Translations under genes and position numbers: made by a program
NCBI GenBank assembly: GCA_045863235.1
Contig: BTUM01000067.1
Location: 1 to 43,503 of the forward strand
Length of the DNA stretch: 43,503 bases
DNA from: Candidatus Xenobia bacterium
GTDB taxonomy: Bacteria; Vulcanimicrobiota; Xenobia; Xenobiales; QWHO01
Reading direction: 5' to 3'
Shown here: positions 26,997 to 36,524 of the stretch, one piece after another
Numbering within the stretch: position 1 is the stretch's first letter
Layout: each line of letters begins with the position of its first letter
Notes under the pieces: model-generated
The model's input: the letters and a program-made list of their open reading frames with translations, nothing else
What the model was told of the DNA's origin: nothing
Databases searched by the model: none

Positions 26997-27272
26997 GTGT
27001 CATCATCCGACTATGAGCCAATGTTTGAGCCCGAGAACAAAGTGCCCGTCAACGTCCGACTCCCGCCTGCTCTGCTCGCCGAGCTGCGGAGGCTATCGCA
27101 CGATCACCTCTGCGTCACCCGTTCCGAGCTGCAACGTGTGGCGACCGAGCTGGGCATCGCCGCGATCAAGCAAGCCCTCGAGCGCGAGGGCATTCGACCG
27201 GGGTCGCCGGGTTGGGAGCAGGCAGCATGGGCGCTGATCTCAGGGCAGGACAGCAAAGCGAGGACAGCATGA
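26997..27272 (+). CDS. Ribbon-helix-helix-like DNA-binding protein
   Basis: AAGGAG RBS; KVPVNVRLPPALLAELRRL...TRSEL. Confidence 0.6.
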   Translation: MSSSDYEPMFEPENKVPVNVRLPPALLAELRRLSHDHLCVTRSELQRVATELGIAAIKQALEREGIRPGSPGWEQAAWALISGQDSKARTA

Positions 27273-28198
27273 GCGAGATTCCCCCGGACATCACGGTGAA
27301 AATCTCCTGGGCGGACATCTTCCCGCCAAAGGACCCGCTCGCCTCATTTCGTGCCGACGTGGAGGCCGCAAAGGCCGAAGTCTACGCGGCTGGCCTGGCC
27401 GTCAACCAGACCCGCGAGGAAATGCCCAATCACCCGATGCTGCCTGTCGCCGAGAATCGGCGCCAGAAGGCCGAGGAAGCCCTGGCCCAGGCCGAGCAGC
27501 GCCTCCAGCGTCAGGAGCAGCGCCTCCAGTCAGAGAGTGCCTGGGCGGGCTACCAGACCCCGGACGTGAGCGCCCTGGAGGCCACCATCCAGGGCGCCCT
27601 CGCCGACCTGGCCGAGGTGGCGTCACAGGCCGAGGGCACCCTGGCCGCCTGGACGGAAGATTGGCAGGTCCGTCGCCAAGCCGCGAGAGAGAACCGCCGC
27701 AACGAATCTTTCCCCCGACCCGCCCTGTCGGACGGGTGGGCTGGCATCCTGGACCACATCGGGGATCTGTTGCGCAAGGGGAAAGCCCTGCAACAGCGCG
27801 CGCCCCACTCCTGGGGAAAGCCCGAGGACCGCGACCCGCTGGACGTGCTGACCGAGGGGGGGCGAATCTCCGAGGACGATCTGGCGATTCCTCGTGTGCG
27901 CAGGGCCGTCCAACAGGCCGAGGAGGCTCGCGCGGCCTGGGATTCGGAACAGACCAAGCTCTTCTGGCAAACCAAGATTCGGGTCAGGGTTCCGCCACCG
28001 CGCTACGATTATCGGGCCGGGTGCTGGGTTCAGACCGGGCCCGATGGGGAGCCTGCCCGCCGCGAGTGGGCCGATACCGGCATTCAGCCAGGCCTCTCGC
28101 GCGAGCGCCAGGTGATCAGCATCTCGGCCAAGAGCAGCCACCGGGAGACCTGGGAGCCTGGCACCGACCGGATGTCTGGCCGCTGGGGGCCAGCGTGA
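27269..28198 (+). CDS. Coiled-coil hypothetical protein
   Basis: ATGA overlap; heptad-rich N-terminal half. Confidence 0.7.
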   Translation: MSEIPPDITVKISWADIFPPKDPLASFRADVEAAKAEVYAAGLAVNQTREEMPNHPMLPVAENRRQKAEEALAQAEQRLQRQEQRLQSESAWAGYQTPDVSALEATIQGALADLAEVASQAEGTLAAWTEDWQVRRQAARENRRNESFPRPALSDGWAGILDHIGDLLRKGKALQQRAPHSWGKPEDRDPLDVLTEGGRISEDDLAIPRVRRAVQQAEEARAAWDSEQTKLFWQTKIRVRVPPPRYDYRAGCWVQTGPDGEPARREWADTGIQPGLSRERQVISISAKSSHRETWEPGTDRMSGRWGPA

Positions 28199-28998
28199 AC
28201 CCCCTTCTGCAGCGTGTGGTTGACCACAGCCTCAATCCCCAGCGTGAAAGGACAAACGAAGTGCACGACCTGATCGTCAACGGAGAGCTGTTTCAGGAGT
28301 CCGAGGCGCGATTCTCGGAAGGTCGCACGGCCAACGGGGTGCCCTATCGAGATGTCCCCGCCCGGCTGTTCTCGGTGGGCGTCCACAACGGGAGAAGCTA
28401 CACTCTGGCCGACCTCCAGGAACTGGCCAGCACCTTCCAGGCTCCCAAGACGGACCTTGAGGACTGGGATGTTCCGATTCAGCTCGACCACTCGAGCAGC
28501 GCTCGAGATACCATCGGCCACGTCAGGAGCGTCAGCGTCCGGGGTAGTGACCTGATGGGTATCCTACGGTTCGTCGGAGAGGACGCGATCAAGCCGGTCC
28601 GTGAGGGACGTTACCGCAAACTTTCGGTGGGCATTCGGCTCACCAAGCCCAAGCGCCTGAAGGAGGTCAGCGCGACCCCGTTCCCGGCGCTGACCAACGC
28701 GGCACTTGCTGCCAGCTTCAATGAGAAAGGCGACACCATGAGCCTGGAAACCAAACTCGACACCATTCAAACCATCTGCGACCGTAAGAAGGCCGAGCTC
28801 GCGGAAAGCCTCTTCGGCGAGGACCGCTATGCCGAAGCCCGACTGAACGGCCAAGCCGACACGTTCGGTCGAGAATATGAGAAGGCCCTCGACGCGATGG
28901 ATGCGGTTCAGACGGAGCTGGTCCAGCAGGCTTTCGCCCAGGAGTCTGAGGAGCAGTTCAGCGACCGCTGGCTCAAAGAGTCGGGCCAGGGTAAGTGA
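28195..28998 (+). CDS. Mu gpI-like prohead protease/scaffold
   Basis: PIQLDH (His), GHV, GRYRKLSVGI (Ser), LKEVSATPFPAL; acidic helical C-terminal third. Confidence 0.75.
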   Translation: MNPLLQRVVDHSLNPQRERTNEVHDLIVNGELFQESEARFSEGRTANGVPYRDVPARLFSVGVHNGRSYTLADLQELASTFQAPKTDLEDWDVPIQLDHSSSARDTIGHVRSVSVRGSDLMGILRFVGEDAIKPVREGRYRKLSVGIRLTKPKRLKEVSATPFPALTNAALAASFNEKGDTMSLETKLDTIQTICDRKKAELAESLFGEDRYAEARLNGQADTFGREYEKALDAMDAVQTELVQQAFAQESEEQFSDRWLKESGQGK

Positions 28999-29132
28999 TT
29001 CAGGTTTCGCGGCCGGGCGTGGCCGCGAAAAGGGAGACCTCCTTCGTCTCAAGGCCGACCCGGCGGGGCTGGTTCTCATACTTGCCAGCCCCGCCGGGGG
29101 AGCCACCTTCGCAACCCGATTGGAGAATGACA

Positions 29133-29345
29133 ATGTGCAAAACGCAGCAGCTCTCGCTGGCCCTCAGCGGTCTCACCCGAGAGCAGGTAAGATTGGCCGT
29201 GGAGGCCGCCTACTGCACCCCCAACCGCAACGTGCCGACCAATGATGACGTGTGGCGCCACGTCCTGGCCAACCAACCGCCGTCGCCTCCCCTCCTGGAT
29301 CCCGTCGCCGCCGCCGAGCGCATCCTGAGGGAGGTTCAGCCATGA
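29133..29345 (+). CDS. Small hypothetical protein
   Basis: GGAGA RBS; stop overlaps the next ATG. Confidence 0.5.
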   Translation: MCKTQQLSLALSGLTREQVRLAVEAAYCTPNRNVPTNDDVWRHVLANQPPSPPLLDPVAAAERILREVQP

Positions 29346-29725
29346 ACGTGACCGTCATCACCCGCCCGAGCATGACCGTCGAGCTGGCCGGCCGGCAGTT
29401 CCGCCTCGAGGAGTTCAGCGTCCCTGGTCTGCAGGCCTATCTCGCCCAGCTCGAGGCCTTGGCCAACCCCGCCCGCTGCGTGGGAGACCACTCCTCGGAG
29501 TCCCTGGCCGAGGCCTTCGACGCCTGGATGGCCGCCCAGGATAGCTTCCTGGCCGCCCTCCTGGCCACCCCTCTGGAGGGGGAGCCACCGACCGCCGAAT
29601 GGGTGCGCGAGCACGTCTCCCTCGAGATGAGGCGGGGCCTGGTCCAGGCCATCGACGAGCTCAATCGTTTGCCCGCTCTGGTGACCGACCTGGCCACCAT
29701 TCGTGAGGTGGCGCGTGGCCGATAG
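29342..29725 (+). CDS. Tail assembly chaperone-like protein (G-like)
   Basis: GGAGG RBS; lies immediately before TMP; TVELAGRQFRLEEFS...EWVREHVS...ELN. Confidence 0.6.
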   Translation: MNVTVITRPSMTVELAGRQFRLEEFSVPGLQAYLAQLEALANPARCVGDHSSESLAEAFDAWMAAQDSFLAALLATPLEGEPPTAEWVREHVSLEMRRGLVQAIDELNRLPALVTDLATIREVARGR

Positions 29726-32700
29726 CACCATCCCGATTTCTATCAAGATCATGGCTACCCGCGACAGCTCGGTGGGCCAGGCCATCCAGAAAACCAAGCA
29801 AGACCTGAATGCGCTTGCTCCTGGAGGCAGCTCTGGCGGCGGCTCTGAGACCGCCCAGCGGCGCAGAGAGCTGGAGGAGGGCAAGCGAGCCGCCGAGGAC
29901 TTCGGCAAAACGCTAGCGACTGGTCTCGGAGCGGTCTCCGTTCTCATGGCTGGCATCGGAGGCGCGGCCGTCAAGATCGCCGCCGACTTCCAGCAGTCGC
30001 AGGCCCAGCTCGAGACCGTGCTCAAGTCCTCCGCCGCCGCTGCTGAGACCTTCCAGGAGGCTGTCCAGTTCGCCGCCAAGACGCCCTTCGACGTGAAGCA
30101 GGTGGTGGATGCCACGGTTCAGCTCGAGGTGTACGGGCAGCGCAGCAAAGAGATTCTCCCCCTGGTTGCCGACCTGGCCGCCGGAATGCGCAAGGACCTT
30201 GGTGCCTCGGCCCTGGTGGTGGGCAAGGCTCTGTCGGGCAGCGCCGAGGGCTTTGAGTCGCTGCGCAACGAGTACGGCATTACCAGCGCCGAGCTGAAGC
30301 GCTTCGGCGCAGTTCTCAACGAGACTGGTGGCCTCAGCCTGCGCACCTCCAGCGAGATCGCCAAGGCCGGCAATGCCTTGCAGGCCATCATCAAGCGCGA
30401 CTTCTCCGGGGCCATCGAGCGCCAAAGCCAGACCCTCAACGGTCAGCTCAGCAACCTGGCAGATACCTTCATTCGTCTTGGGAACAACATCGGCCGGGCC
30501 CTCATCCCGGCCGTCTCGCTGGGCGCGAAGGGCATCGGGATCCTGGCCAGCGCCGTCGAGGCGATCCCCGGGCCCCTGGTCTCCATGGGTGCCTCCGCCG
30601 GGCTCGCCGTGGCCGGGCTGGCCGGGCTCGGGGCTGGCGGCTATGCCGCCACCCAGGCCGTGCTCGGGCTGAACGAGAAGCTCCAGGCCGCCGCCGCCGT
30701 GCTGCCGGTGCTCCAGCCCCTGGCGGGTCGGGTGGCGACCGTGCTCGAGGCCGCCGGCGTCAAGGCCAAGGCCTTCGCGCAGGCGCTCCTGAGCATCAAC
30801 CCCGCCCTGCTGGGCATCGGGGCCGCCACGGGTGTCGCCATTCTCGCTGTCCAGGCCCTGGACGAACACTATCGGCGCCTGGGCGAGACCATCCAGCTCC
30901 AGGCAAAGACCATGGCCGACAACAGCCAGGGCTTGCGCGAGTTGCGCGACCTCCTCAACTCCCTGGGAGGCGGCCAGGTCAGCGCTACATCCGACACCAG
31001 CGCCTTCTTCGACCAGCTCGCCGCCAGCATCGAGTCTGTTCCAGCCGTCGAGCTGGCCCGGGCCCTGGAGAAAGCCGGGCATTCAAGCGAATCGCTGAAG
31101 AAGTCCCTGGCTCAGAATCGCTCTGAGGCCAACCAGTACCGGTCCGCCCTGGTCGAGCTCAAGGCGGCTACCGAGGGCATCGCCAACCTGCCCGGCAACA
31201 CCGTCGCCGTCCCGGCCGCTGCCCGGCAGTTCTTCGGAGGTCGCTCCCGAGCCTCGCTCGAGGAAGTAAACCAGGTCCTGGAAAAGCTGAACTTCCAGTT
31301 CGGCCAGCTCGGCCAGCGGGCCGGGGCCATGCAGTCGCTGGTGGACGTGCTCGAGCAGCTCTCCGACCCCATGGCCAAGCTGGTCGAGGACAGCAAGAGC
31401 ATCGACGGGTTCCTCAAGTTCTCACGACAGATCGGAGATGCTCAGACCCTGCAGACCGGGCTCGAGGCGGTGAACGAGCAGCTCACCAAGCTGCGCTCAT
31501 TCGCCAGCGAGAAGGGCATCCCGGTGGACACCGCCGGCCTGCTGAACATCCTTCAGACCGAGCCCGGCTCGACCCGGGCCGCCTTCGCCGAAGAGTTGCT
31601 CAACAAGCAGCGAGCCGCCGAGGACTTCGCCGAAGCTCAGCAGGCGCTCGAGGAGAAGCGGGTCCAGGAGCGTGTTCAGGCCATCGATGATGGGTTCCGC
31701 CGGGAGCACCTCTCCCGCGAGGCCTCTCTGCGGGAGATGATCGCCAACGAGAACGAGAAGCTGAACGTGGTCCAGGCTGGGTCGAACGAAGAGCTGGCCA
31801 TCCTGGAGCGCAGGGCCGACCTCGAGCGACAGCTCCGGGAAAAGGGCACGAAGCGCGTGGAGGAGGCGGCTCGCTCGCAGGCTCAGTCTATCCTGGACAC
31901 CCTCGACCTGGTGAAGAGCCAGAGCGGCGCCTCTTCGCAAGAAGCCGCCGATGCCTATGAGGTGGTCATCACCCGACTCGAACGGCTCGGGGAGGCCTAC
32001 AAGAACACCTCGCCCGAGCTGACCAAGTTCGTGAACGAGCAGATCAAGAGCGCGAAGGCTGGCCGCGACCAGGCCCTGGCCCTGGTCCCCAAAGAGAACT
32101 TCAAGGTTTTGAACGATTCGGTGAGCGAAATCGGGGCCGGGCCAACGAAGAACACGCTCGAGGAGCTACAGCAGGTGGATGCCCAGATCCGCCTGGTCGA
32201 GCAGGCCAGGCGTAGGCTCGGGGCCGCCAACCTGGACGAGGCCAGCACCACCAAGCTGCTGACCCAGCTCGGTCAGCAGCGCCTGCAGGTGGAGCAGCGC
32301 ATCGCCCAGGCTCGCCAGCAAGCAGCCCAGGAGCTGCGCGGGCTCGAGCTCTCGGCCCAGGACCAGGCGATCCAGGAGCTGGAGGCTCGGGCGGCGGCCG
32401 GGGAAAACGTCGAGAGCAAGCTCCAGCAAGCCCGGCTCGACCGCCTGAACCTCGCCCTGGAAGCCATCGATGCTGAGACCCAGGCCGAGATCGAGGCCAC
32501 CGGGCTCAAGGAGGAAGCCGTCTCGAAGGCCGAGCTGAAGAAGACCGCCCTGCTGCGAGCCTTCTCGCTGGAGCAGTTCCAGCGTTCGCAGGCCAGCACC
32601 CGGGACGCCAGGGCTCAGCTCGAGCAGCAGGACCAGGACTATGCCCGCTCGCTTGATCGCCGCCGGGGCCTGGCCAACCGGGCCGGTGGCCCTCAGTCGC

Positions 32701-33080
32701 CGCTGCAGTCCTTCGAGGAGGCCTTCGGCCAGGGGAACGGGTTCAACTTTACCGGGGTGGAGCAGTCGAGCTTCGGCCGCAGCGCCCTCCGACCCACGGC
32801 CCCCAAGGTCCCCCGCCTGGAGACCCCCGAGCAGATTCGTCAACGGGTGGCTGCCTCGCAGAAGCCGGGTCAGGCCCAGCTTGCCGATGGCCCCGGGTCT
32901 CGGGTCAGGCCCGACGGGTCGAAGGTCTACAACACCACCATCAGCGTGGACGGCCAGTTCGGGCGCCTGAGCGATCCCGAGGTCAACCGCCTGGTCGATG
33001 CCGTGGTGAACAAGCTGAGCCGCAAAATCGAGCAGAAGCGCCGCACCGGTCCGGCCCCTGGACAGAGCTTCCGTGAGTGA
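29715..33080 (+). CDS. Phage tail tape measure protein
   Basis: ~1121 aa; tape-measure domain (FAAKTPFDVKQV...LEVYG...LADLAAG; QSQTLNGQLSNLAD), Ala/Gly hydrophobic stretch and long coiled coils. Confidence 0.9.
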   Translation: MADSTIPISIKIMATRDSSVGQAIQKTKQDLNALAPGGSSGGGSETAQRRRELEEGKRAAEDFGKTLATGLGAVSVLMAGIGGAAVKIAADFQQSQAQLETVLKSSAAAAETFQEAVQFAAKTPFDVKQVVDATVQLEVYGQRSKEILPLVADLAAGMRKDLGASALVVGKALSGSAEGFESLRNEYGITSAELKRFGAVLNETGGLSLRTSSEIAKAGNALQAIIKRDFSGAIERQSQTLNGQLSNLADTFIRLGNNIGRALIPAVSLGAKGIGILASAVEAIPGPLVSMGASAGLAVAGLAGLGAGGYAATQAVLGLNEKLQAAAAVLPVLQPLAGRVATVLEAAGVKAKAFAQALLSINPALLGIGAATGVAILAVQALDEHYRRLGETIQLQAKTMADNSQGLRELRDLLNSLGGGQVSATSDTSAFFDQLAASIESVPAVELARALEKAGHSSESLKKSLAQNRSEANQYRSALVELKAATEGIANLPGNTVAVPAAARQFFGGRSRASLEEVNQVLEKLNFQFGQLGQRAGAMQSLVDVLEQLSDPMAKLVEDSKSIDGFLKFSRQIGDAQTLQTGLEAVNEQLTKLRSFASEKGIPVDTAGLLNILQTEPGSTRAAFAEELLNKQRAAEDFAEAQQALEEKRVQERVQAIDDGFRREHLSREASLREMIANENEKLNVVQAGSNEELAILERRADLERQLREKGTKRVEEAARSQAQSILDTLDLVKSQSGASSQEAADAYEVVITRLERLGEAYKNTSPELTKFVNEQIKSAKAGRDQALALVPKENFKVLNDSVSEIGAGPTKNTLEELQQVDAQIRLVEQARRRLGAANLDEASTTKLLTQLGQQRLQVEQRIAQARQQAAQELRGLELSAQDQAIQELEARAAAGENVESKLQQARLDRLNLALEAIDAETQAEIEATGLKEEAVSKAELKKTALLRAFSLEQFQRSQASTRDARAQLEQQDQDYARSLDRRRGLANRAGGPQSPLQSFEEAFGQGNGFNFTGVEQSSFGRSALRPTAPKVPRLETPEQIRQRVAASQKPGQAQLADGPGSRVRPDGSKVYNTTISVDGQFGRLSDPEVNRLVDAVVNKLSRKIEQKRRTGPAPGQSFRE

Positions 33081-33729
33081 GCTGACCCGCCGGGTCGTGC
33101 TCGTGGAGGTCGCCGGGCGGAGGTTTCGCATCCAGGAGTTCACCCTGGCCCAGCTCGAGCGGTATCTACAGATGATCCAGGGGGAGCTCGAGGAGGCCTT
33201 TGCCTGGCTACTCCGTCGCCCCCTGGAGGGCTCGCCGCCGTCCCCGGCCTGGGTCAGGGATAACCTCTCGCCGTCCGAAATGCAGGCCCTGCAGGCCCTC
33301 GTGGCCGGGCTGCACGACCTCCAGCCAGCTACTCCGACCGAGAACGAGGGCCCCGGGTGGGCCACGATCATTCACCCCATCGCCGCCGCCTATGGCCTGG
33401 ACCCTCTCCACGTCTGGAAACGGTGGACTTTACGCCAACTCCAGGCCGTCCTCGTCCCGATTCGGGAAGCGCAATGGGACGAGAGCTGCTTCAGGTTGAG
33501 CCTCCACGGATTCAAGCCGCCGGAGAAGCCGGCCCCGGCTCAGCGCAAGCTGACAAAGGAAGAGGAGCAGGAGGCCATCGCGCGCCTGAAGGCTCGCATG
33601 GCCGGCCTGGGCCTGAACAGGAAGCCTGTCGAGCCCGAGGCCATGAAGGCTCGCCTCGCTGAGCAGGGCGTCCAGATTGATGTCGTCGACCCCCTGAAGG
33701 AATCCCGGAAAGGCAGCGCCCGTGGCTAG
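33073..33729 (+). CDS. Second tail-assembly-chaperone-like paralog with C-terminal extension (GT-like)
   Basis: VEVAGRRFRIQEF...PLEGSPPSPAWVRDNLS mirrors 29342-29725; adds IAAAYGLDPLHVWKRWTLRQL. Confidence 0.6.
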   Translation: MSELTRRVVLVEVAGRRFRIQEFTLAQLERYLQMIQGELEEAFAWLLRRPLEGSPPSPAWVRDNLSPSEMQALQALVAGLHDLQPATPTENEGPGWATIIHPIAAAYGLDPLHVWKRWTLRQLQAVLVPIREAQWDESCFRLSLHGFKPPEKPAPAQRKLTKEEEQEAIARLKARMAGLGLNRKPVEPEAMKARLAEQGVQIDVVDPLKESRKGSARG

Positions 33730-34052
33730 TAGCGATGAACCCAGGTTGTCCCGTTCTCGTCGGTGGAGACCTCCGGGAACGGGTCGGCCTCCGGCTCGAA
33801 GTTCATCTCCTGCGTGTATCCAGCGTCCAGGACGCCATGCACCGCTTCCATTGCGAGCATGGCGTGGCTGCCCCAGCCGGGCAGGTCTGCGCTGGGCAGG
33901 CACGGAGGATGGACGGAGCGCGTTCGACCGTTGCACCAGCGGGCGAGGGCTTCCATTGCCGGGTCGCTCCCGGAAAAACGGCCCTCCAGCCATACCAGCT
34001 CGACGGGGAACCCGTGGAGGAAGCCCCGCCAGGTGATCGTTCGGGCGGTCAT
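33726..34052 (-). CDS. Hypothetical protein
   Basis: Coupled to the upstream gene by an ATGA overlap. Confidence 0.55.
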   Translation of the reverse strand: MTARTITWRGFLHGFPVELVWLEGRFSGSDPAMEALARWCNGRTRSVHPPCLPSADLPGWGSHAMLAMEAVHGVLDAGYTQEMNFEPEADPFPEVSTDENGTTWVHRY

Positions 34053-34423
34053 TTCTTCTCGCCGGGCCTCCAGTTTGGGATCCAGGGATGGGGCTTCTCG
34101 GGTGAGGGGACGGAATCATCCGGTGTCGGGTCGGAGGAGACTGGCCGAACGACGACACACAATGGATCGTGAACCTCCAGGCGCCCGGAATGCAAGTCTT
34201 CCAAAAGGTATCGGACCCAACCGGCGTCCTTCACTCGGCGCCTGTCCTTCGGGGCGGCGTCGGGCTTCTCGCCGGCCTTCGTGAGCGCGCGAAGCTCCTC
34301 GCACTCCAATCCCTGGATCCACTTCAGGGTGTCCGGGTTGAGTCGAATCGCCAGCTTCGGGGCGCCCTTGCCTTTGCCCTCGCCGTTGTAGGTTCGCGGT
34401 CGTCCGCCTGGATGTTTCGCCAT
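34049..34423 (-). CDS. Putative DNA-binding protein (GRP motif + RHH-like)
   Basis: MAKHPGGRPR...KLAIRLNPDTLKWI; divergent from the resolvase. Confidence 0.55.
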   Translation of the reverse strand: MAKHPGGRPRTYNGEGKGKGAPKLAIRLNPDTLKWIQGLECEELRALTKAGEKPDAAPKDRRRVKDAGWVRYLLEDLHSGRLEVHDPLCVVVRPVSSDPTPDDSVPSPEKPHPWIPNWRPGEKK

Positions 34424-34429
34424 AGCTTG

Positions 34430-34512
34430 AAGAAGTATACACTTTCTAGTTTTTGTCTGTCAAATACTTGACGAAGATACTCCCCGGTGCTAGTATTTGG
34501 GAGACAAATACT
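34430..34512 (+). promoter_or_regulatory. AT-rich divergent promoter / res-like site
   Basis: TTGACG(34468)-N17-TAGTAT(34491); inverted repeats AGTATTTG-N5-CAAATACT (34492-34512) and GTCAA-N4-TTGAC. Confidence 0.65.
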
Positions 34513-34524
34513 CTGGAGGCAAGC

Positions 34525-35178
34525 ATGAAAGCCGTCGCTTACGTCCGGGTCAGCACCGAGGACCAAGCCCGCGAAGGAGTCTCCCTGGATGCCCAGACTG
34601 CTCGAATCGAAGCCTACGCAAGCATGGCCGGCCTCGAGCTGGTGGCCGTCGTCCGCGAGGAGGGTGTGAGTGCCGGCAAGCCACTGAAGAACCGCCCGGC
34701 TGGCCGCGAGCTGCTGGCCATCCTCTCTGAGGGCCGGGCTCAGCACGTCGTCGCCCTCACGCTGGCCCGGCTCTTCCGAGACACGGTGGACGCCCTGCAG
34801 GTGGTCCAGGAGTGGGAGCAGGGCAAGATCGCGATGCACCTGGTCGACCTCGGCGGAGTGACCCTCAGAACGGACACCGCGATGGGCAAGATGTTCCTCA
34901 CTTTAGGCGCTGCGTTCGCCGAGCTCGAGCGCAACCTCATCAGCGAGAGGACCCGAGCGGCGCTGCAACACAAGAAAGCATGCGGTCAGAGACTAGGCGC
35001 TAAACCCTACGATAACCAGCGTGGCCTTGATCGCCTGCGCGAGCTGGCCGGCCTGGGCCTGAACCATCGGGACATCGCCCAACGCCTGAACAACGAGGGC
35101 ATACTGGCCCAGCGAGGCGGGCCCTGGTATCACGGGACTGTTTCTCGTGTCCTGGCAAGACTGACCATTCCGGGCTGA
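34525..35178 (+). CDS. Serine recombinase (resolvase/invertase family)
   Basis: GGAGG RBS; AVAYVRVSTEDQ, FAELERNLISERT; C-terminal IAQRLN...PWYHGTV. Confidence 0.9.
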   Translation: MKAVAYVRVSTEDQAREGVSLDAQTARIEAYASMAGLELVAVVREEGVSAGKPLKNRPAGRELLAILSEGRAQHVVALTLARLFRDTVDALQVVQEWEQGKIAMHLVDLGGVTLRTDTAMGKMFLTLGAAFAELERNLISERTRAALQHKKACGQRLGAKPYDNQRGLDRLRELAGLGLNHRDIAQRLNNEGILAQRGGPWYHGTVSRVLARLTIPG

Positions 35179-35255
35179 CGCCCGCCTAGATAGATCCCCG
35201 CCGCACCGCCAGGGAGGCCCTGGTTGGCGCGAGCCATGCCCAAAGGAGAATGCTG

Positions 35256-35396
35256 ATGTCCAAGAAGACCGACGCCGCCACGAAGGCGGCAAGACCCGAG
35301 GTGAAGGAAGCCCCTGTCGAGCAGGCCCTGGCCGAAGTCGAGCTGCTGCGCCGGCAACTGGAGCTGGCCCGGCGATTGGATCCAGGCCATGCATGA
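35256..35396 (+). CDS. Small hypothetical protein (46 aa)
   Basis: AAGGAG RBS; MSKKTDAATK...; overlaps the next start. Confidence 0.45.
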   Translation: MSKKTDAATKAARPEVKEAPVEQALAEVELLRRQLELARRLDPGHA

Positions 35397-36009
35397 CGGA
35401 CTCGAGGCCGAGCTGGCCGCCCAGCTCACCGCCATCACCGCCGAGCACGCCGACCTCATCCGCCCTGGACTCTGCCGCGGGACTCACCGCAATGGCAAGC
35501 CCTGCAAGCGGCCTGTCGTGAGCAAAGAGGAGGCACGTCGCTGCCAGAGGTTGGGCCATCCCATCCCTGAGAGGAATCTTTGCCGTGCTCACGCCGACAA
35601 AGCACGCCGGGCCAAGAGCAAAGCACCTCGCCGGTTGGAACCCTCCCCGGAAACAGAGGAAGCAATGGTTGTCCGTTTCCTTCATTTGCTCAAGCGCCTG
35701 ATTGCCTCATACCGCGCAGCCTACCCAGAGACCAAGTGTGACGCCACATTTGACGATTTCACGCTTGCGATCCTCGTATACTACGGTTGGAGGTTGAGTG
35801 TAAATCCATCCACGAAAGCGCGCGCCAATGTTTGGCGCGCCACCGACCGCCACATCTATGTGGACATGAACCCAGAACAGCCAGATTGGCTGTTTGCGAT
35901 GGAAGTGAGCTTGGCCTACGTCGTGCATGAATTGGAGGGCAAGAAGGTCAAGAGGGAGGAGTTCCCGGCTTTCCGCGCGGCATTGAGGCTTGTCTGGGAG
36001 TTTGACTGA
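35389..36009 (+). CDS. Hypothetical protein with C-x8-C...C-x2-H zinc-binding motif
   Basis: CRGTHRNGKPC...LCRAH; lower-GC 3' half. Confidence 0.6.
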   Translation: MHDGLEAELAAQLTAITAEHADLIRPGLCRGTHRNGKPCKRPVVSKEEARRCQRLGHPIPERNLCRAHADKARRAKSKAPRRLEPSPETEEAMVVRFLHLLKRLIASYRAAYPETKCDATFDDFTLAILVYYGWRLSVNPSTKARANVWRATDRHIYVDMNPEQPDWLFAMEVSLAYVVHELEGKKVKREEFPAFRAALRLVWEFD

Positions 36010-36031
36010 CACACTTGGGGAGCACACCCTC

Positions 36032-36063
36032 AGCCCTCCGGGAGACCGGGGGGCTCTTTCTTT
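36032..36063 (+). terminator. Intrinsic terminator
   Basis: AGCCCTCCGG-GAGA-CCGGGGGGCT then CTTTCTTT. Confidence 0.7.
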
Positions 36064-36524
36064 GGCGCCGAAACGCAACCGCCCCCAGTGACGGGGGCGG
36101 AAGACTCGCCGAGATGGCCCAGCTCCTGACCGAGATGGGGTTCCAGGTGGAGGGTGTTGTGCGTTGAACACACAGCTGCGGTGGCCAGACGTTCGTGTGC
36201 ACTGAATGCACACGAACCCTGCTCATGGGCCCGCCCCCACTGGGACAAAGCCGGTGTCATCCCTGCGAAGGCTGTTCTCGGCGACGTGACCCGTGAGCAC
36301 TGACCGCTTCAAGCCCGCCTGGACAGCGCCCGAGCGGCCCTCGCCTGCCCGGCCTGCGCGCTCCAGAAAGCAGAGTGTTCGGCGGGAGATCAAGAGGTGA
36401 CCGTCGAATCCGATACACCTGCAGCCCGTTCAGTGGGCATAGCGTAGCGTAGCACAGCGAAGAGGTTCACGCCGAATAACGATCCAACCAACACGGGCAG
36501 CAAGATCACCACGGAGGTATCCCC

